NCBI GenBank assembly: GCA_001600815.1
Contig: BCKZ01000017.1
Location: 98,390 to 162,389, forward strand
Direction: 5' to 3'
From: Alloascoidea hylecoeti
Lineage: Eukaryota
DNA: 64,000 nucleotides
The stretch's first letter is position 1; each line of letters begins with the position of its first letter. The translations under genes and the position numbers were made by a program. The notes below the pieces were generated by a model. That model worked only from the letters and a program-made list of their open reading frames with translations, did not search any database and had not been told where the DNA came from. Below, piece by piece: positions 23,550-35,607 of the stretch.

Positions 23550-24260
23550 TACACATCAGATGAAGTAACAAATTTGTTTCACTCAGAACGTGTAAAGCTC
23601 TTGATAAACTTCATTTGAGAATATTTCATCGAAACCTTAATTATTTTTAACAATTATGGACTCTTCTGACAACAAAGCTAAAGCAATATTTCGTCTATTT
23701 TATGGGAGTAGGTCATTCTTCTGATGAAATTGGTAATTACAAACCTACTGGTTTTGCAGAGGATACCAAACCAACTGGAGAAAGTCAATTTTAACGATAT
23801 TTCCGCGAAATCATAGGGTCTAATAAAAGAATTACAACAAATTCCCACGACAAACATGCGATACTCTGCTGTTACGGAGAGGTTTCGCGGAAACATCAAG
23901 CCAGAGATGTATCAAAGAAGCAATACAATGGATAATAATACCTTTTATTCAAGCCTTTGACGGAAGTCTTTTTCCATATAAATCAAAAAAGAAAAAAAAT
24001 CCAAGAGGAAAATATAATGGAACGCCCGCGCTGTCCAAACATAAACTCCACTTAAAAGCATATAGGACGAGCTCAAGATTTATACATGAAACAAGCACAC
24101 AGAATTAGTTACAATGAAAGGTGGTGTCAGAAAGTCAAGAATTGTCTTTCAGAAGTCTTATCAGAGTTATGGGATCAGCTAGAACAATAGTTTTATGACC
24201 AACTCATCACATTCATGGCAAAACGACTAAAACTAGTTATAGGTGTATTGACTACTATAA
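23550..24260 (+). mobile_element. Heavily degraded Tc1-like transposase relic
   Basis: Fragments in the expected order: TSDEVTNLFHSER (~23553; cf. FSDESKFNLFGSD), MDN (~23928), MERPRCPNINST..*DELK (~24017-24078; cf. LDWPPQSPDLNPIE..WDELK), VLSELWDQLEQ*FYDQLITFMAKRLKLVI (~24155-24241; Tc1 C-terminus). Many stops and frameshifts. Confidence 0.6.
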
Positions 24261-24883
24261 TTGTCTCCAGTGATGCGTAGACAGCTTATGGAGCGTGAGT
24301 TATATTTTGTTTAGTAGTATTTCCTTGAGAATCGGTTCTCTAATCAAGATTTTATGTTTATAAATTGTCTGTTTTTCAGAGTGAAACAAAGTCGTTGTAA
24401 ACCATCCGTTCGCCTACTGTACACGTTTGAGTTTTGAGCCGTTAACGTTCGAATGATACCAATATATCGATCTAGACATACATTATAAGGAATTCTTCAG
24501 TACTAGTATAAAAGCATCTATTTCTAGGTTATACCATTGCAATTGGGTATACTATCCTGTTATATGGCGATCGGAGATTTGCAAGCTACTGTGAGTTCCC
24601 AGTATTGAAGCATATGTGTTCTGATTATATATAAACTAAACACTTTGTTTTATAATTAATAATAATTACAATCAAAACATAATAGCCATAGTTACAATTT
24701 GAATGCATTTACTTCAATAGCCGTTTCCAATTGAATCATATAAATACCTTATTTGAATGGAATAAGTTTCACCTATCCAACGGTAAAATAAAAAGAATTC
24801 TATCAATTGTTTTGAAATGATCATATGTTCATGAATTAAAACATTAACGGAATATCTTGCAATTGTATATTAAATTAAGACTA

Positions 24884-25870
24884 TTACTGCTTTTTTGATT
24901 TTGCTTCCTTTTCACTTAACTCTTTAACCCATAGTTTCCCTTCATGTGCGTCTGTATCTTGAAAACCAGCACTCTTATTTTTAAACTCATCATCACCAGT
25001 AGCACATACAATCCATTTACCATTTATTGAAACATCAGTAGCTAAGACAGTGGCAGGAAATTTAGGATATTGCTTTAGTCTTTTCTTTGCTTTGTGATCC
25101 CATAAACATAGATATCCATCACTACCGCCAGTGAAAAACGTTCCATATGGATGAAAAGATAAAGTATTTATGGGAGATACAATATCAGTTGGTTCTTGTG
25201 CTGTCTTATCTGGATGCCTATGGCATTTAAAGGCATATTTTTTCTGTTGTACTGAAGGAGAAGGATCAAAGAATTCCACAGCTACTCTTCCCTCAATTGA
25301 GGTTTCAGCATATCCAGTTTCATCAGGCATACATTTTAGGGAGGTTGTTTGATATTTGAGGCCAGATTCCCTTGTTTGTAAAGGAGAAGAGAGGTTTCGA
25401 ATATCATAAATATGCAATTGACGTTTTGGCATAGCACAAACAACCAAAGAGGAAGTTGTATCCATACAGAAAACTTTCCCTGGTAAATTTATAGAAGCTA
25501 TTAAGGAATTTGAAGTTGTATCTGTGAATTTTAAAGCTGAATCCCAAGAACCAGATACCACCACCTTATCTATAGTTGATAAAGATTGAATAGCATTTTC
25601 ATGTGATACTATAGCGGTTGTATATTCCTTCTGAGGGTCCCATTTATAAGCGTTTCCATCTACACCACCGTAATAAATAGTATTCCCTACCCAAGTAGTA
25701 CATAGAATGGGACATTTTGAATCTGAGGAAGCCAACAAACTTTGAGAATTAACATCATATAGTCTAATTAAATTATCCCAGGATCCTACAGTTAGGTAAG
25801 CAGCATGCGATTGTGAGGGATGAAATCGCAAAGTGGAAATAGTATCAGGAATAGAGTCAATCAAATTCAT
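24884..25870 (-). CDS. BUB3: Spindle checkpoint WD40 protein Bub3
   Basis: WD40 repeats (GSWDNLIRLYDV, SGSWDSALKF) and the Bub3 signature RESGLKYQT...SIEGRVAVEFFDPS...KKYAFKCHR, plus KKRLKQYPKF. Confidence 0.9.
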   Translation of the reverse strand: MNLIDSIPDTISTLRFHPSQSHAAYLTVGSWDNLIRLYDVNSQSLLASSDSKCPILCTTWVGNTIYYGGVDGNAYKWDPQKEYTTAIVSHENAIQSLSTIDKVVVSGSWDSALKFTDTTSNSLIASINLPGKVFCMDTTSSLVVCAMPKRQLHIYDIRNLSSPLQTRESGLKYQTTSLKCMPDETGYAETSIEGRVAVEFFDPSPSVQQKKYAFKCHRHPDKTAQEPTDIVSPINTLSFHPYGTFFTGGSDGYLCLWDHKAKKRLKQYPKFPATVLATDVSINGKWIVCATGDDEFKNKSAGFQDTDAHEGKLWVKELSEKEAKSKKQ

Positions 25871-25940
25871 TTTTGAGAAAACACTCTTAATTTTCAAATT
25901 TGATCTATTAAAATGTAAACAAAAGGTTAGGTCCTAATAG

Positions 25941-25948
25941 CCGGGTAA
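25941..25948. promoter_or_regulatory. Reb1-type site CCGGGTAA upstream of BUB3
   Basis: Exact consensus ~70 bp upstream of ATG 25870. Confidence 0.55.
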
Positions 25949-26849
25949 TTAACTGATGAATCTGGAGATGTAAAATGTGAGGCTAATTAATGCTTCAATT
26001 TTGACCTAAGTTATATATCAGAGTGACTAGTAAACAGCTGTGTTCCCGTATTATGGCGTTTCATGCTAAATATCTTCATTAAAACGTCCATTCGAAATTC
26101 CATCTTCAAATGTTGCAATTTGAAGTGAAAATGGTTTGATAGTTTTTTAGAATCGCTGCAGATCAAAATAGATCTTGTACCAGTCAATTGCAATTAATCT
26201 AGTCTATTTATTCTAAATGAAGAATTCTTATAATTAAATATGTAACTATGACCTACTATAATTATACACTATAGCCTATGGTTATAACTTATCAGGTTAT
26301 ATAATTATATAAAATAAAATATCCTTCTAGAAGCCCATTTAAATTCTTATAATGCCTCGATCAAGAATTCAATGGAATTGGAAGAAGTAATAAATCCGAT
26401 ATACGTATAAGTTATATCCCCATTGCAATTGGTATATTGTTGGATAGTAAATGTTCAAAAAATTAATATTAGAGCTGTGGCGCTATAGAATCTCATTTAT
26501 ATTGATTCTTATTTAACATAAATTCAATAAATACTAATATCATTATTGTTATAAGTGTAACTATAATAAAGCCAATATGAAAAAATAAATAAAGAGTAGA
26601 TAATTAAAATAGTAATGGTAATTGTAATTATAAGTAAGCCCAGCCCACAAGTATAAATTATATTTATAAGTTAATTACTTATAATTAGTTAAAAGTACTA
26701 ATGTTGATATAAAAATAGATATATTCACCATATACTTCTTCCGTATAGCCAAGTAAAATAAAAGAAATCAAAAAAAAAAAAAACATACAAAAAAATGAAT
26801 AAACAAACCATATGTATGATTTATTTCATATATATATATCTCAAACATT

Positions 26850-27992
26850 TCAATTATCTTCATCCATTTCCCCCTTTGCTCGTTTTAAGGTACTTTGCAC
26901 TAATCTAAGTGAATAAGCAGGCCCCATTCCATCACATTTTTCATTGCCCATCAATTCTTCCATAACTTCATCAATATCAATTAATTCATTATCAGGATCA
27001 GAATTAATCATATCCCAAACAGTACCTAATGATACAACCTTATCACCTGCTGGATTAACATAACTAACATGAAGTGGTTTATAAGGTTTATCTTTGTGAA
27101 ATCCAGTTTTTAAAACTTCATCATAAAATTTCTTTTCTGGAAATGTAAAATGACCACTTGATAAATTCTCATTATGATTAGGATTTAATATATCATCAGA
27201 ATTTCTAGTTTCTAATAAAACTTTATTTTCTGATGTCATTATTGTATTACGTTGCTTTAATAATTCAACTTCTTTTGATAATTTTTGCTTTTCTTCTTCA
27301 CTTTGCATTAATTTCACACGTAATTCTTTTAATTTCATTTCTTTACGTTCACGAAAGGCTCTTTGTGCAGCTCGATTTTGTGCTTTTCTTCTCGAGTATG
27401 GATCTGCTGATGAATCTTCATTTGATCCACGTCTTTCATTACTTCCATTTGAATTTCCTTTTTTATTTGATGACATATCATATAAGTTATTAGAACCTTC
27501 AACTTTTAAAATAATCTCCGGAGATTCGTGGTTTTGTAAAGATGTCGATGCAGTTCCTTGCGATAAAACCGATGGGGAAGTATGCGAAGAAACATTTGTA
27601 CTATCCTCACTTGCACTATTAGTTTGCCGATTACCGAAAACATCATAATTTGTAGTAGTTCCGAGTCCTTGTTGGAACTGTAACTGTTGTTGTTGTCGTT
27701 GAGCTTGTTGGTGCTCAAGTAAGTGTTGTTGACTCAATTCCAAACCATCTCCAAAAAGATAAAGATTGGGATCATTCATTGCCAACCCATTGTCACATTG
27801 ATTAGGAATATGTTGTTGAGTTGGTGTTGTAAAATTCTCAATAGAATTTGGTCCAGAAAGGTTCAATTCACATGGAACTTGGTATTCAATTGAATCCACG
27901 TCCATCGCCGAAGCTTGGTGGTTTGGATGTGAGTAAGGATGATTTCCTTGAAGTCCCGTCGGACAATCAAATAAATAATTCATATCAGTCAT
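26850..27992 (-). CDS. YAP3: AP-1-like bZIP transcription factor (Yap3/Fcr3-like), 380 aa
   Basis: Yap basic region RRKAQNRAAQRAFRERKE followed by a leucine zipper; C-terminal VWDMI...IDIDEVMEELMGNEKCDGMGPAY as in Yap3/Fcr3. Confidence 0.78.
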   Translation of the reverse strand: MTDMNYLFDCPTGLQGNHPYSHPNHQASAMDVDSIEYQVPCELNLSGPNSIENFTTPTQQHIPNQCDNGLAMNDPNLYLFGDGLELSQQHLLEHQQAQRQQQQLQFQQGLGTTTNYDVFGNRQTNSASEDSTNVSSHTSPSVLSQGTASTSLQNHESPEIILKVEGSNNLYDMSSNKKGNSNGSNERRGSNEDSSADPYSRRKAQNRAAQRAFRERKEMKLKELRVKLMQSEEEKQKLSKEVELLKQRNTIMTSENKVLLETRNSDDILNPNHNENLSSGHFTFPEKKFYDEVLKTGFHKDKPYKPLHVSYVNPAGDKVVSLGTVWDMINSDPDNELIDIDEVMEELMGNEKCDGMGPAYSLRLVQSTLKRAKGEMDEDN

Positions 27993-28169
27993 TATATTGC
28001 AAGTTTCAAGTCTCAGGAGGTGGGATCTTAAGAGGTCAACGTTGAGTGTGAATATAAATTGGTGATGGAGGTTATTTGTAATAAAGTTCCGAATTATAAA
28101 ACACGTGACGATACTATTATATTAACTATGGAAGTTATTTAGCCTAAATGTATACAATTATCATATCAT

Positions 28170-29723
28170 TTACCATAATCCCATCGGTTTGGCATATGCC
28201 ATCGGTTTCATGGGGGGATGAGGAACGGCTTCAAAGACATTATAATTCAGTTTATAATCTCCATCGTTATTCTCAACGTTAATATAAGCACCTTTATTTC
28301 CTTGGCTATCACAATAATTTGGAGCGGAGAAAACTGTAATCAGTCGGCCATTGTGTTCGACTTCATAACCTCCCATTCGTACTTCATGAGATCTGATAAC
28401 TGCTTTCAATTTATTTGCTTTACAGAACTTTTCAGTGACATCTGGGCCAAATTGAATTCCAACACCACGTTTGCTTGCTGAACGACCAGGTAATGTTTGT
28501 GGATCGGTCCAAAGCATTTCCATTACAATTCCATCTTTCGGTGGTTGATGCTTATTATGTGGGAAGAAACGATCAATCTTTTGTAATTCTTCCAATGTGA
28601 CATCATCTCTAGAAAATAATCCTCCATGTAATACTAAATACTGTTTCCCAATTATTGATCCTAATGGCAAACTACCAAATGATTCACTAAACATTTGAAA
28701 TAACTTATCAGTGTACTTTGCACTACACTCTCCTTCAAATCCATACACCTTATTCATATCATCAGCTTCATGATTACCTCTATTGATAAATAAGGAGTTT
28801 GGATAAAGTAATTTATAGCAGTATAATGTGAATGCAATTTCTGTTGACCAACTACCTCTATCAACAAAATCTCCATTGAACAAATACGCTTGGTTTTCAC
28901 TTGGGAATCCATTTTTATTAAAGATATTCATCAGATCAAAAAATTGACCATGAGTATCACCACAAATAGTTAATTTTTTAGATTTATCATTAACTGGTAA
29001 TGAAATATCAACTAATGATGCTTCCTTTTTAAATACTTCATTTGTTGCAGCAACAATTGCATAGGCATATTTCTTTGTAAGTTTTTTACCGTTCTTAAAA
29101 CGTTCTAACATATCATTTAAAAATTCAGGTGTCATTGTCACCTTAGTTTTTTTGTGTATTAGACCTTCTTCGTCTTTTACTTCTGTTGTTGTAAAATTTA
29201 ATTGTGATCCATCATAATTAGGTTCCATAATAACCGAATTAATATTAAATGTATCAAAAACACTAATATTTTCATCAACTTTGATTGCATTTTCAAAGGC
29301 TTTTTTTCGAATTATTTTCTGACATTCGTCAAGCGATTGTTTTGCATTCTTATCTTTTGGGACTCTATTTAAAACAATTTTTAAATCTTTAACAGCATTT
29401 TTATAATTTAGAATTGCAATATTTGCAACTGCTCTTCTATAATAAGCTTTTGTATATTTTGGATTTAATTCAATAGATTTTGTTGAATCAGATATCGCAA
29501 GACCATAATTTTCCATTTTAATATGTGCTTGAGCTCTATTTGAAAAATATATTTCAACTGTTGGATTCAATTCAATAGCTTTTGTATAATTTTCAATAGC
29601 TCCTTCAAAATCAGTAGTTTTCAGTAGCTCATTTCCAATGTTTTTAAACTTTTGGGCTTCGGTTTTGGAATCAGTTGTTCCATTGGAAACCGTTGATGTT
29701 GTTAAATTTGAATTAGAAGACAT
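28170..29723 (-). CDS. PPT1: Ser/Thr protein phosphatase 5 (TPR + PPP domain), 517 aa
   Basis: Three N-terminal TPRs; GDTHGQ, NGDFVDRG, RGNHE, SAPNYC; C-terminal FEAVPHPPMKPMAYA. Confidence 0.96.
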   Translation of the reverse strand: MSSNSNLTTSTVSNGTTDSKTEAQKFKNIGNELLKTTDFEGAIENYTKAIELNPTVEIYFSNRAQAHIKMENYGLAISDSTKSIELNPKYTKAYYRRAVANIAILNYKNAVKDLKIVLNRVPKDKNAKQSLDECQKIIRKKAFENAIKVDENISVFDTFNINSVIMEPNYDGSQLNFTTTEVKDEEGLIHKKTKVTMTPEFLNDMLERFKNGKKLTKKYAYAIVAATNEVFKKEASLVDISLPVNDKSKKLTICGDTHGQFFDLMNIFNKNGFPSENQAYLFNGDFVDRGSWSTEIAFTLYCYKLLYPNSLFINRGNHEADDMNKVYGFEGECSAKYTDKLFQMFSESFGSLPLGSIIGKQYLVLHGGLFSRDDVTLEELQKIDRFFPHNKHQPPKDGIVMEMLWTDPQTLPGRSASKRGVGIQFGPDVTEKFCKANKLKAVIRSHEVRMGGYEVEHNGRLITVFSAPNYCDSQGNKGAYINVENNDGDYKLNYNVFEAVPHPPMKPMAYAKPMGLW

Positions 29724-30450
29724 TATATTAATAATAACACAAAAATTTGAAGAAAAAAATATTCAAAAAAGTCGTAGAATTATAAAAGGATAGAAAGGTT
29801 TTAAAATTTATTATGGTTATTTACAAATGGGAATAACGGTTTTGTCCTTTGAAGTTTTATCTTTCTAAAGTGAATTTTAAAAGTTTGGGGTGTTCACAAG
29901 AAAAAAATAGTAAATAAACCGACTGAATTTGGTTAAAATAAACCGCAATGTGATTATGTAAGCACCGCGTTATTTATAATTGCCGGCCATGTAATATAAT
30001 AGAAAAGTTTTTACCTATAAAAGATAAACATTTTTAATCATTACAATTAATCCATTGATATCAGATATTTTAAACATTATTTTATTAGTGGTAATATAAT
30101 ATACAGAGAAGTAAAAATTGAAATGGAAAATAATTCCAAGTAATAAGAAAGAACAGATATTTCTAGATTGATCGTTTGCCCAAAAAAAAAAAAATTAAAT
30201 AAATAAATAAATAAATAAATTAAGAAAAAACACAACCCAATAAATTCAAAATAGACTAATTATTTTGTATTTATAATTAGTAAATGATTTTAAAAAAAAA
30301 CAATAATTGCTGTGATCACTTAACCAAGACTGAATAGCATTTAAAGTAAGTATTATAAGAAAAAAATCAAAGGTTGGCACTTATTCTGAACGAAAAATGC
30401 AAATATAAATAACTAATGTATTCATTGTGATTATAACTTATAATTATGAT

Positions 30451-31242
30451 CTAAATCATCATCAAAAAGACTAATCCAAAAAATCCGCAGAACAAAGCAC
30501 TATATTTATTCATATGCCCCATAATAACCAAATCAGATGAAGCACTATTTTTTAAAGCTTTTTCTGATTCACTAGCAGCAGCATCATGATCAACTATTGT
30601 TACTGAAGTGCTTTCGGTGATCGTTATAAATTCAGTAGTTGGTTGAAACTTAAATGGACAAGCAGTATCGTTACTAATAGTGTTATTGTAACTCTTTTGA
30701 CAATTGAGCTGTATATTCCCATTATTATATATAAATCTTCCAGAAATTATTGCATCAGTAGTAGCAGTACCTGTTGGAGCAACAACATTTGTAACCGCAG
30801 TTGGATGGGGGGCAGCTGTTTGTGCAGCCATAGCTAATTCATATTGTCTTGATATTTCACCAGAAATATCGTTAATCCAACTGGATGCACCAGCCATACT
30901 TAAAATATCAGTATACCATGGTATCTTTTCAATAAATGTACCGAATTCTGTTTTTGGAAAATCGGATTCAACTTCAGTCATACCAGGATTTGGCTTCCTT
31001 GCAATTTTTGCATAATATGATAAAACTGGAGGTGGAATTTCGACATGTGCTGTTTTTAAATAAACAGAATAATGATCAGGTTTATTTAGTAAATCGTTAA
31101 AAAAAAGGGCTATGATAGCTAAATCATTCATTTCAACAGCTGAAGATATAAATGAGTATGTTGGATCATCTTCTATTTGTTCGTCAGCAAAAATGCTTGT
31201 CGTTAGAATACTAATGATACCGAATAGTTGAAAAAATCTCAT
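30451..31242 (-). CDS. Srp1/Tip1-domain (Tir/Dan/Afb1-like) GPI cell-wall protein, 263 aa
   Basis: Signal peptide; domain ending FPKTEFGTFIEKIPWYTDIL (the PWY motif of Srp1/Tip1 proteins); Thr/Ala-rich stalk; hydrophobic C-terminal GPI signal. Confidence 0.75.
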   Translation of the reverse strand: MRFFQLFGIISILTTSIFADEQIEDDPTYSFISSAVEMNDLAIIALFFNDLLNKPDHYSVYLKTAHVEIPPPVLSYYAKIARKPNPGMTEVESDFPKTEFGTFIEKIPWYTDILSMAGASSWINDISGEISRQYELAMAAQTAAPHPTAVTNVVAPTGTATTDAIISGRFIYNNGNIQLNCQKSYNNTISNDTACPFKFQPTTEFITITESTSVTIVDHDAAASESEKALKNSASSDLVIMGHMNKYSALFCGFFGLVFLMMI

Positions 31243-32711
31243 TTTATTAAAGAATATTATTATTTATTTAAGAAGAGAAGAAATAAAAAGCTGGATGTTC
31301 AATTATAGATATAATATTTATTTTTTCTCTACATTTTATTGATAACCCAATTGGGAAGCAAATGTCCTTAGAAATATTAACTATTATGAAGAACCTTATA
31401 ATTATTTTGATGGATGGAAATAACCAGATCTACACTTTAATAATAAATCTAATATAGTTGTGTTCAATATTGTAAATGTTCCTTATATATATATATATAT
31501 ATATATAAGTTATATAATATAGGTATAGATAATTCAACAATGTTGTAAGCTTTTGTTTATAATTTATTGAAAAAGTCTTGTAAATTCATGCACATAAATG
31601 TTAGTTAACAAAATAATCTTTAAAGCCTTATTTTCTCTTCGTATTCGATATAAGGCTTTATACTTGATCTTTCAAATGTCGTTCTCAGATTCTAAAATTA
31701 AAATCTTCAAAGTGTTTTTGTAAAATTGGTATTATTTTATAAAATACAGGTTCATTCTTGAAGATTAACCATTGTGTCTCTCAATGACAAATTTTCTGCG
31801 GATAAAAAAACTTTTCATTTCTTATGTAGGCACTGAAACATCACTATTATCTCCGGAAACTCTATTATACCAAGAATTTATCTTTACAAAAATATTAATA
31901 TTTGATCTAAGTATCTAAAATTATAAAAAATTGAGGGAAATTATTCTATTTGTAGTGGAATTCAGTACTATTTCCATTTTGAACGAATTTAAATTTCTTC
32001 CCAATTTTTATTCTTATTGGTTTGCGTTAAGGGTCTATACTTGTATATCTCACCTTATATATGGTCTCATATAGTCACATACATCATATCCGATTGCTTA
32101 TATCGGAAATTCAGATGACTAAAACTCTCTTAGGTCCAGGTCCCATTCCGTTATTTCCGTAGTTCCGTTCCAACATTTCTGAAATTCATGTTATATTTTT
32201 GGACTATGTATAAGCTTATATTTTGTATCTAATACGTACGAATATGTATGTGCATATCCATATGCATCTTAGTCATGCATTACCCTATAGAGTAAGTCTT
32301 CGTAGGTTGCAGATAATGTTTGCAAGATCCAACATGTAACAATATTAATGTTTGGGCAATATTACTGTTTAACTAGTACGAGTGACACTTATTATTATTT
32401 TGATTGAAAAGTTTGTATTCAATAAAATTTGCTGTACAATTAATAATCTATATTAAACTAGCTAATGCCTAGACAAGAAAAGATTTTCAAGTGAAAAGTA
32501 TGTTATTATACAAATAATTATTCAAAGAGTAAAATTAGAAGAAGAGCGAATAGTTCAAATTGAAGGTATCAAAATGTGTTTTTTTTTTATAATAAAACGA
32601 GAAATATCCATAAATAGTGACAAGTGACCATACGCACAAGAAGTCAAAAATAGAATATTAAAATTGGATATATGAAAAAAGTAAAAATAAAAACAATGAT
32701 TGATAAACATT

Positions 32712-33254
32712 TTAAATGAATAAACCAGCAATAATGAAGATTGCACCACCAATAGGTGGAGTTCCAATCTTAAGATAATCAGCACCGCCAGTGTATGATG
32801 GAGTTATAACTGGACTAGAAGTAGGTGCAACGGAGGTAGGTGTAACTTCTGTTGTGGATTTAGTTGTATGGCAATCTGTCTTGGTGCAAGGAGCAGTTGT
32901 GGTAGTAGTAGTATCTTCTTTGGTTGTGGATTCAGTTTCAGTTGGATGGCAATCTGTCTTGGTGCAAGGGATAGTTTTAGTAGTAGTATCTTTTGTGGTC
33001 GTAATAGGGAAGGTAGGGATAACTGGAGTAGCTGGGGTAACATTTGTAGTACATTCTTCAGTGGTAGTTTCAGTTTCGGTTGGATGACAATCTGTCTTGG
33101 TGCAAAGAGTAGTGGTAGTAGTGTACTTGGTGGTCGTAGTAGTGTTACTTTGGGTAATAGGGAAAGTAGGGAAAACTGGAGTCACAGTTTCATTGCCAAA
33201 TTGAGCAAGAGTTCCAACAGCAGCGGTGGTAATCAAAATGTAAAAAAGTTGCAT
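32712..33254 (-). CDS. Thr-rich GPI-anchored cell-wall protein with CTKTDCH repeats, 180 aa
   Basis: Signal peptide MQLFYILITTAAVGTLAQF from ATG 33254; three CTKTDCH and two PV(F/I)PTFPIT repeats; C-terminal YTGGA...GGAIFIIAGLFI GPI signal. Confidence 0.85.
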   Translation of the reverse strand: MQLFYILITTAAVGTLAQFGNETVTPVFPTFPITQSNTTTTTKYTTTTTLCTKTDCHPTETETTTEECTTNVTPATPVIPTFPITTTKDTTTKTIPCTKTDCHPTETESTTKEDTTTTTTAPCTKTDCHTTKSTTEVTPTSVAPTSSPVITPSYTGGADYLKIGTPPIGGAIFIIAGLFI

Positions 33255-34049
33255 CTCAGTTCTGTATTCAAGAGTTGATATTGAGTAATAGACATTTAAT
33301 AGAGAAATGGCATCGTATAAATAGCCAAACTTCAAAATTATTATATTGGTTCTTAGTTCTATATTTAGATGATTCATAGAAGATACATGGGTCCAGCAAC
33401 TTTTAGTGGTGATATCTACCTATACCAGTACCATCTTAAATATCCATCAAGGATGGGAAATAACACCCAATCTTTGTCAACGCTTGATAAAATAGTTCTT
33501 TATTTATTGATGTCTAGATAGCTTAAAGCTATTCTCTCATATAACCCTGTATGACGTTTAAACTTCTGCTGTGATGAGTAGCATTGAGTAGTAAAAAACT
33601 AGTATTGTATATTCAATGTATTGAGTAGCAAAAAAACCTTGTGTGAAAATTTCGCCAAAGAAAAGTTTATATATATACCCTATTGCCCTGCAGCAGAGTC
33701 GTAAACTTGATCTTAATTCTATGATTAATTAACCAATCTATAGTGCATTGCAGATTCAAAAGACCAGGGAATTGGCTGAGAGATGCAGGTCCAACTCGTA
33801 CAGGGAACCGGGACAAGATCTGGCACCTAGTTTTTGAAGATGGCACTCGTGCCACCACACTCAAATTGTGGGATTTTGTTTCTCTCGATATTTATTTTCC
33901 ATCAATGATTCATGAGAATATAATTAGTAGGACATTCCAATCCTAATATTAACTTTTAACTTACATTTTATTCAATTTTGGACTCAATAAAATAAGAGTT
34001 GAAGTTGTTGAACACTAAACACCAAAAAAGCTCTCTATCGAGTTTAGAA

Positions 34050-35120
34050 AATCAATCCAATTGAAACTTTAATAAATAAAACATTCCTTGTTTTTGCAGT
34101 TCTAGCTCAATATACCCAGGTAATAGAAATCTTCTTCTTTTTTTATCAAAGGTAATCAGCTCAATACCTTCTTTCAATTCTTGTGGGTTTGCATTAGGAA
34201 AATTAGCACGTATGAATAATACCGTCCCCAGTAGAGTTTGAATATTTAACTTCAACCATTTCTTTTTCCTTTTCAATTTTTAAATAATCATCCTTAATAT
34301 TTCTGTTTGTAATAATGAAATGTATGATACTGTTCCATAGTAATACATAGTATCTTTAAAACTTATATTTTTATCATCGTAATAGCCAAATGCTCTAAGA
34401 AATTTCTCAACCTAATAAAACAACAGCTGATGAAATACAGATGAAAGTTTGTTTATTTCCTTCGCCATCAGAACATTGAGAAAAGAGTGGATAAAAGTGA
34501 CTTGTAATAAATCATAATATATTTATAATAAAATTGTTTCCACATGTTTTGATTTTAATTAATAATAATAATTTGTCCAGATGCAGTATTTGGTTCAGGA
34601 ATATATAATTTCAATCTCATTCATTCTCTTTTAAATCAGCTATACCACGTATTTGTTTCTTCTTATTAAATCAATTTCAATTCCAGCAATATCATATATA
34701 TAAGAACTTACTGCTCTTTTCCAAAAATACGCGTACCTTTCCATTTGATTTAAAAAAAATTTGGCTCATATAATTGCATATTATCAATATCTAAAAGTAA
34801 AACATTTTCAATAGATGATATTAATAATTCCAAAAATTCATATTGATACTTCCAAATTTAAATAATTCTGAAGTTTCTGATCTTAATCTATAAGGTAGAA
34901 CATTTTGTACAAATTTTTGGGAACCATTTTGCATGCATAGCTTTGAATCATTTATATTCCTCATGAATTGACATAATTATTTCAACAGGTAAAATATAAT
35001 TTAAACCATTTAGAATATATAGTGATATAATAGCTATCGGTATATAACGGATTATTTTTACCATCATCGCCATAAACAATACCACAGCCTGAATATAAAT
35101 GATATTCTTTTGTGAAAACT
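34050..35120 (-). pseudogene. Decayed alpha-1,2-mannosyltransferase (Mnn2/Mnn5, GT71) pseudogene
   Basis: Motifs in order across several frames: SGCGIVY, LPVEII, LLISSIENVLLLDIDNM, FWKRA..YDIAG, IPEPNTASGQI, FYPLF/SQCSDGEGNKQTF, VLFIRANFP..KRRRF. They are collinear with the intact gene at 49973-51793 and broken by many stops and frameshifts. Confidence 0.85.
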
Positions 35121-35607
35121 GGCGCTAGTTAGCATGATAATTTGCAAGATAAAATCTTTGTTTCTGTTCTATATCTATCGTAAATAAATGCATAAATACC
35201 ACCACAACATAAAAAGCATAATATGGTATCGCTAGAATATCCTGTAACTCATGAATTTGTGTTCATTCATCATCGATGCCGGATTATTTAGGTGATATCC
35301 CACCGGATTATCTTATGTATATCAGTCATATCATGCATAATGATTCTTCAAATTCAAAGATCATATGGAGACTATTGGTTAATATTTCGGGACTGAGCCT
35401 TAAGCTTACTACGATATAAAATGTGTTTAGCAATAATAATAAGGGAATGTAATGATGTATGGAAATTATAATTGTCTCATTTGATTAATATTTTGCCAAT
35501 CATGAACTACATGTATATGCTAATATATTGTACAAAACTATGAAGTGTTTTTCAACTGACAATTTCAGTTTACTATCTCTCTCTTTTATTAAAATCACTA
35601 CCCATAA

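Noticed and set aside
33740..33890. Short GC-rich patch with small ORFs on both strands
   Set aside because: No recognisable protein motif, RNA structure or repeat boundaries; possibly a TE fragment but unsupported.
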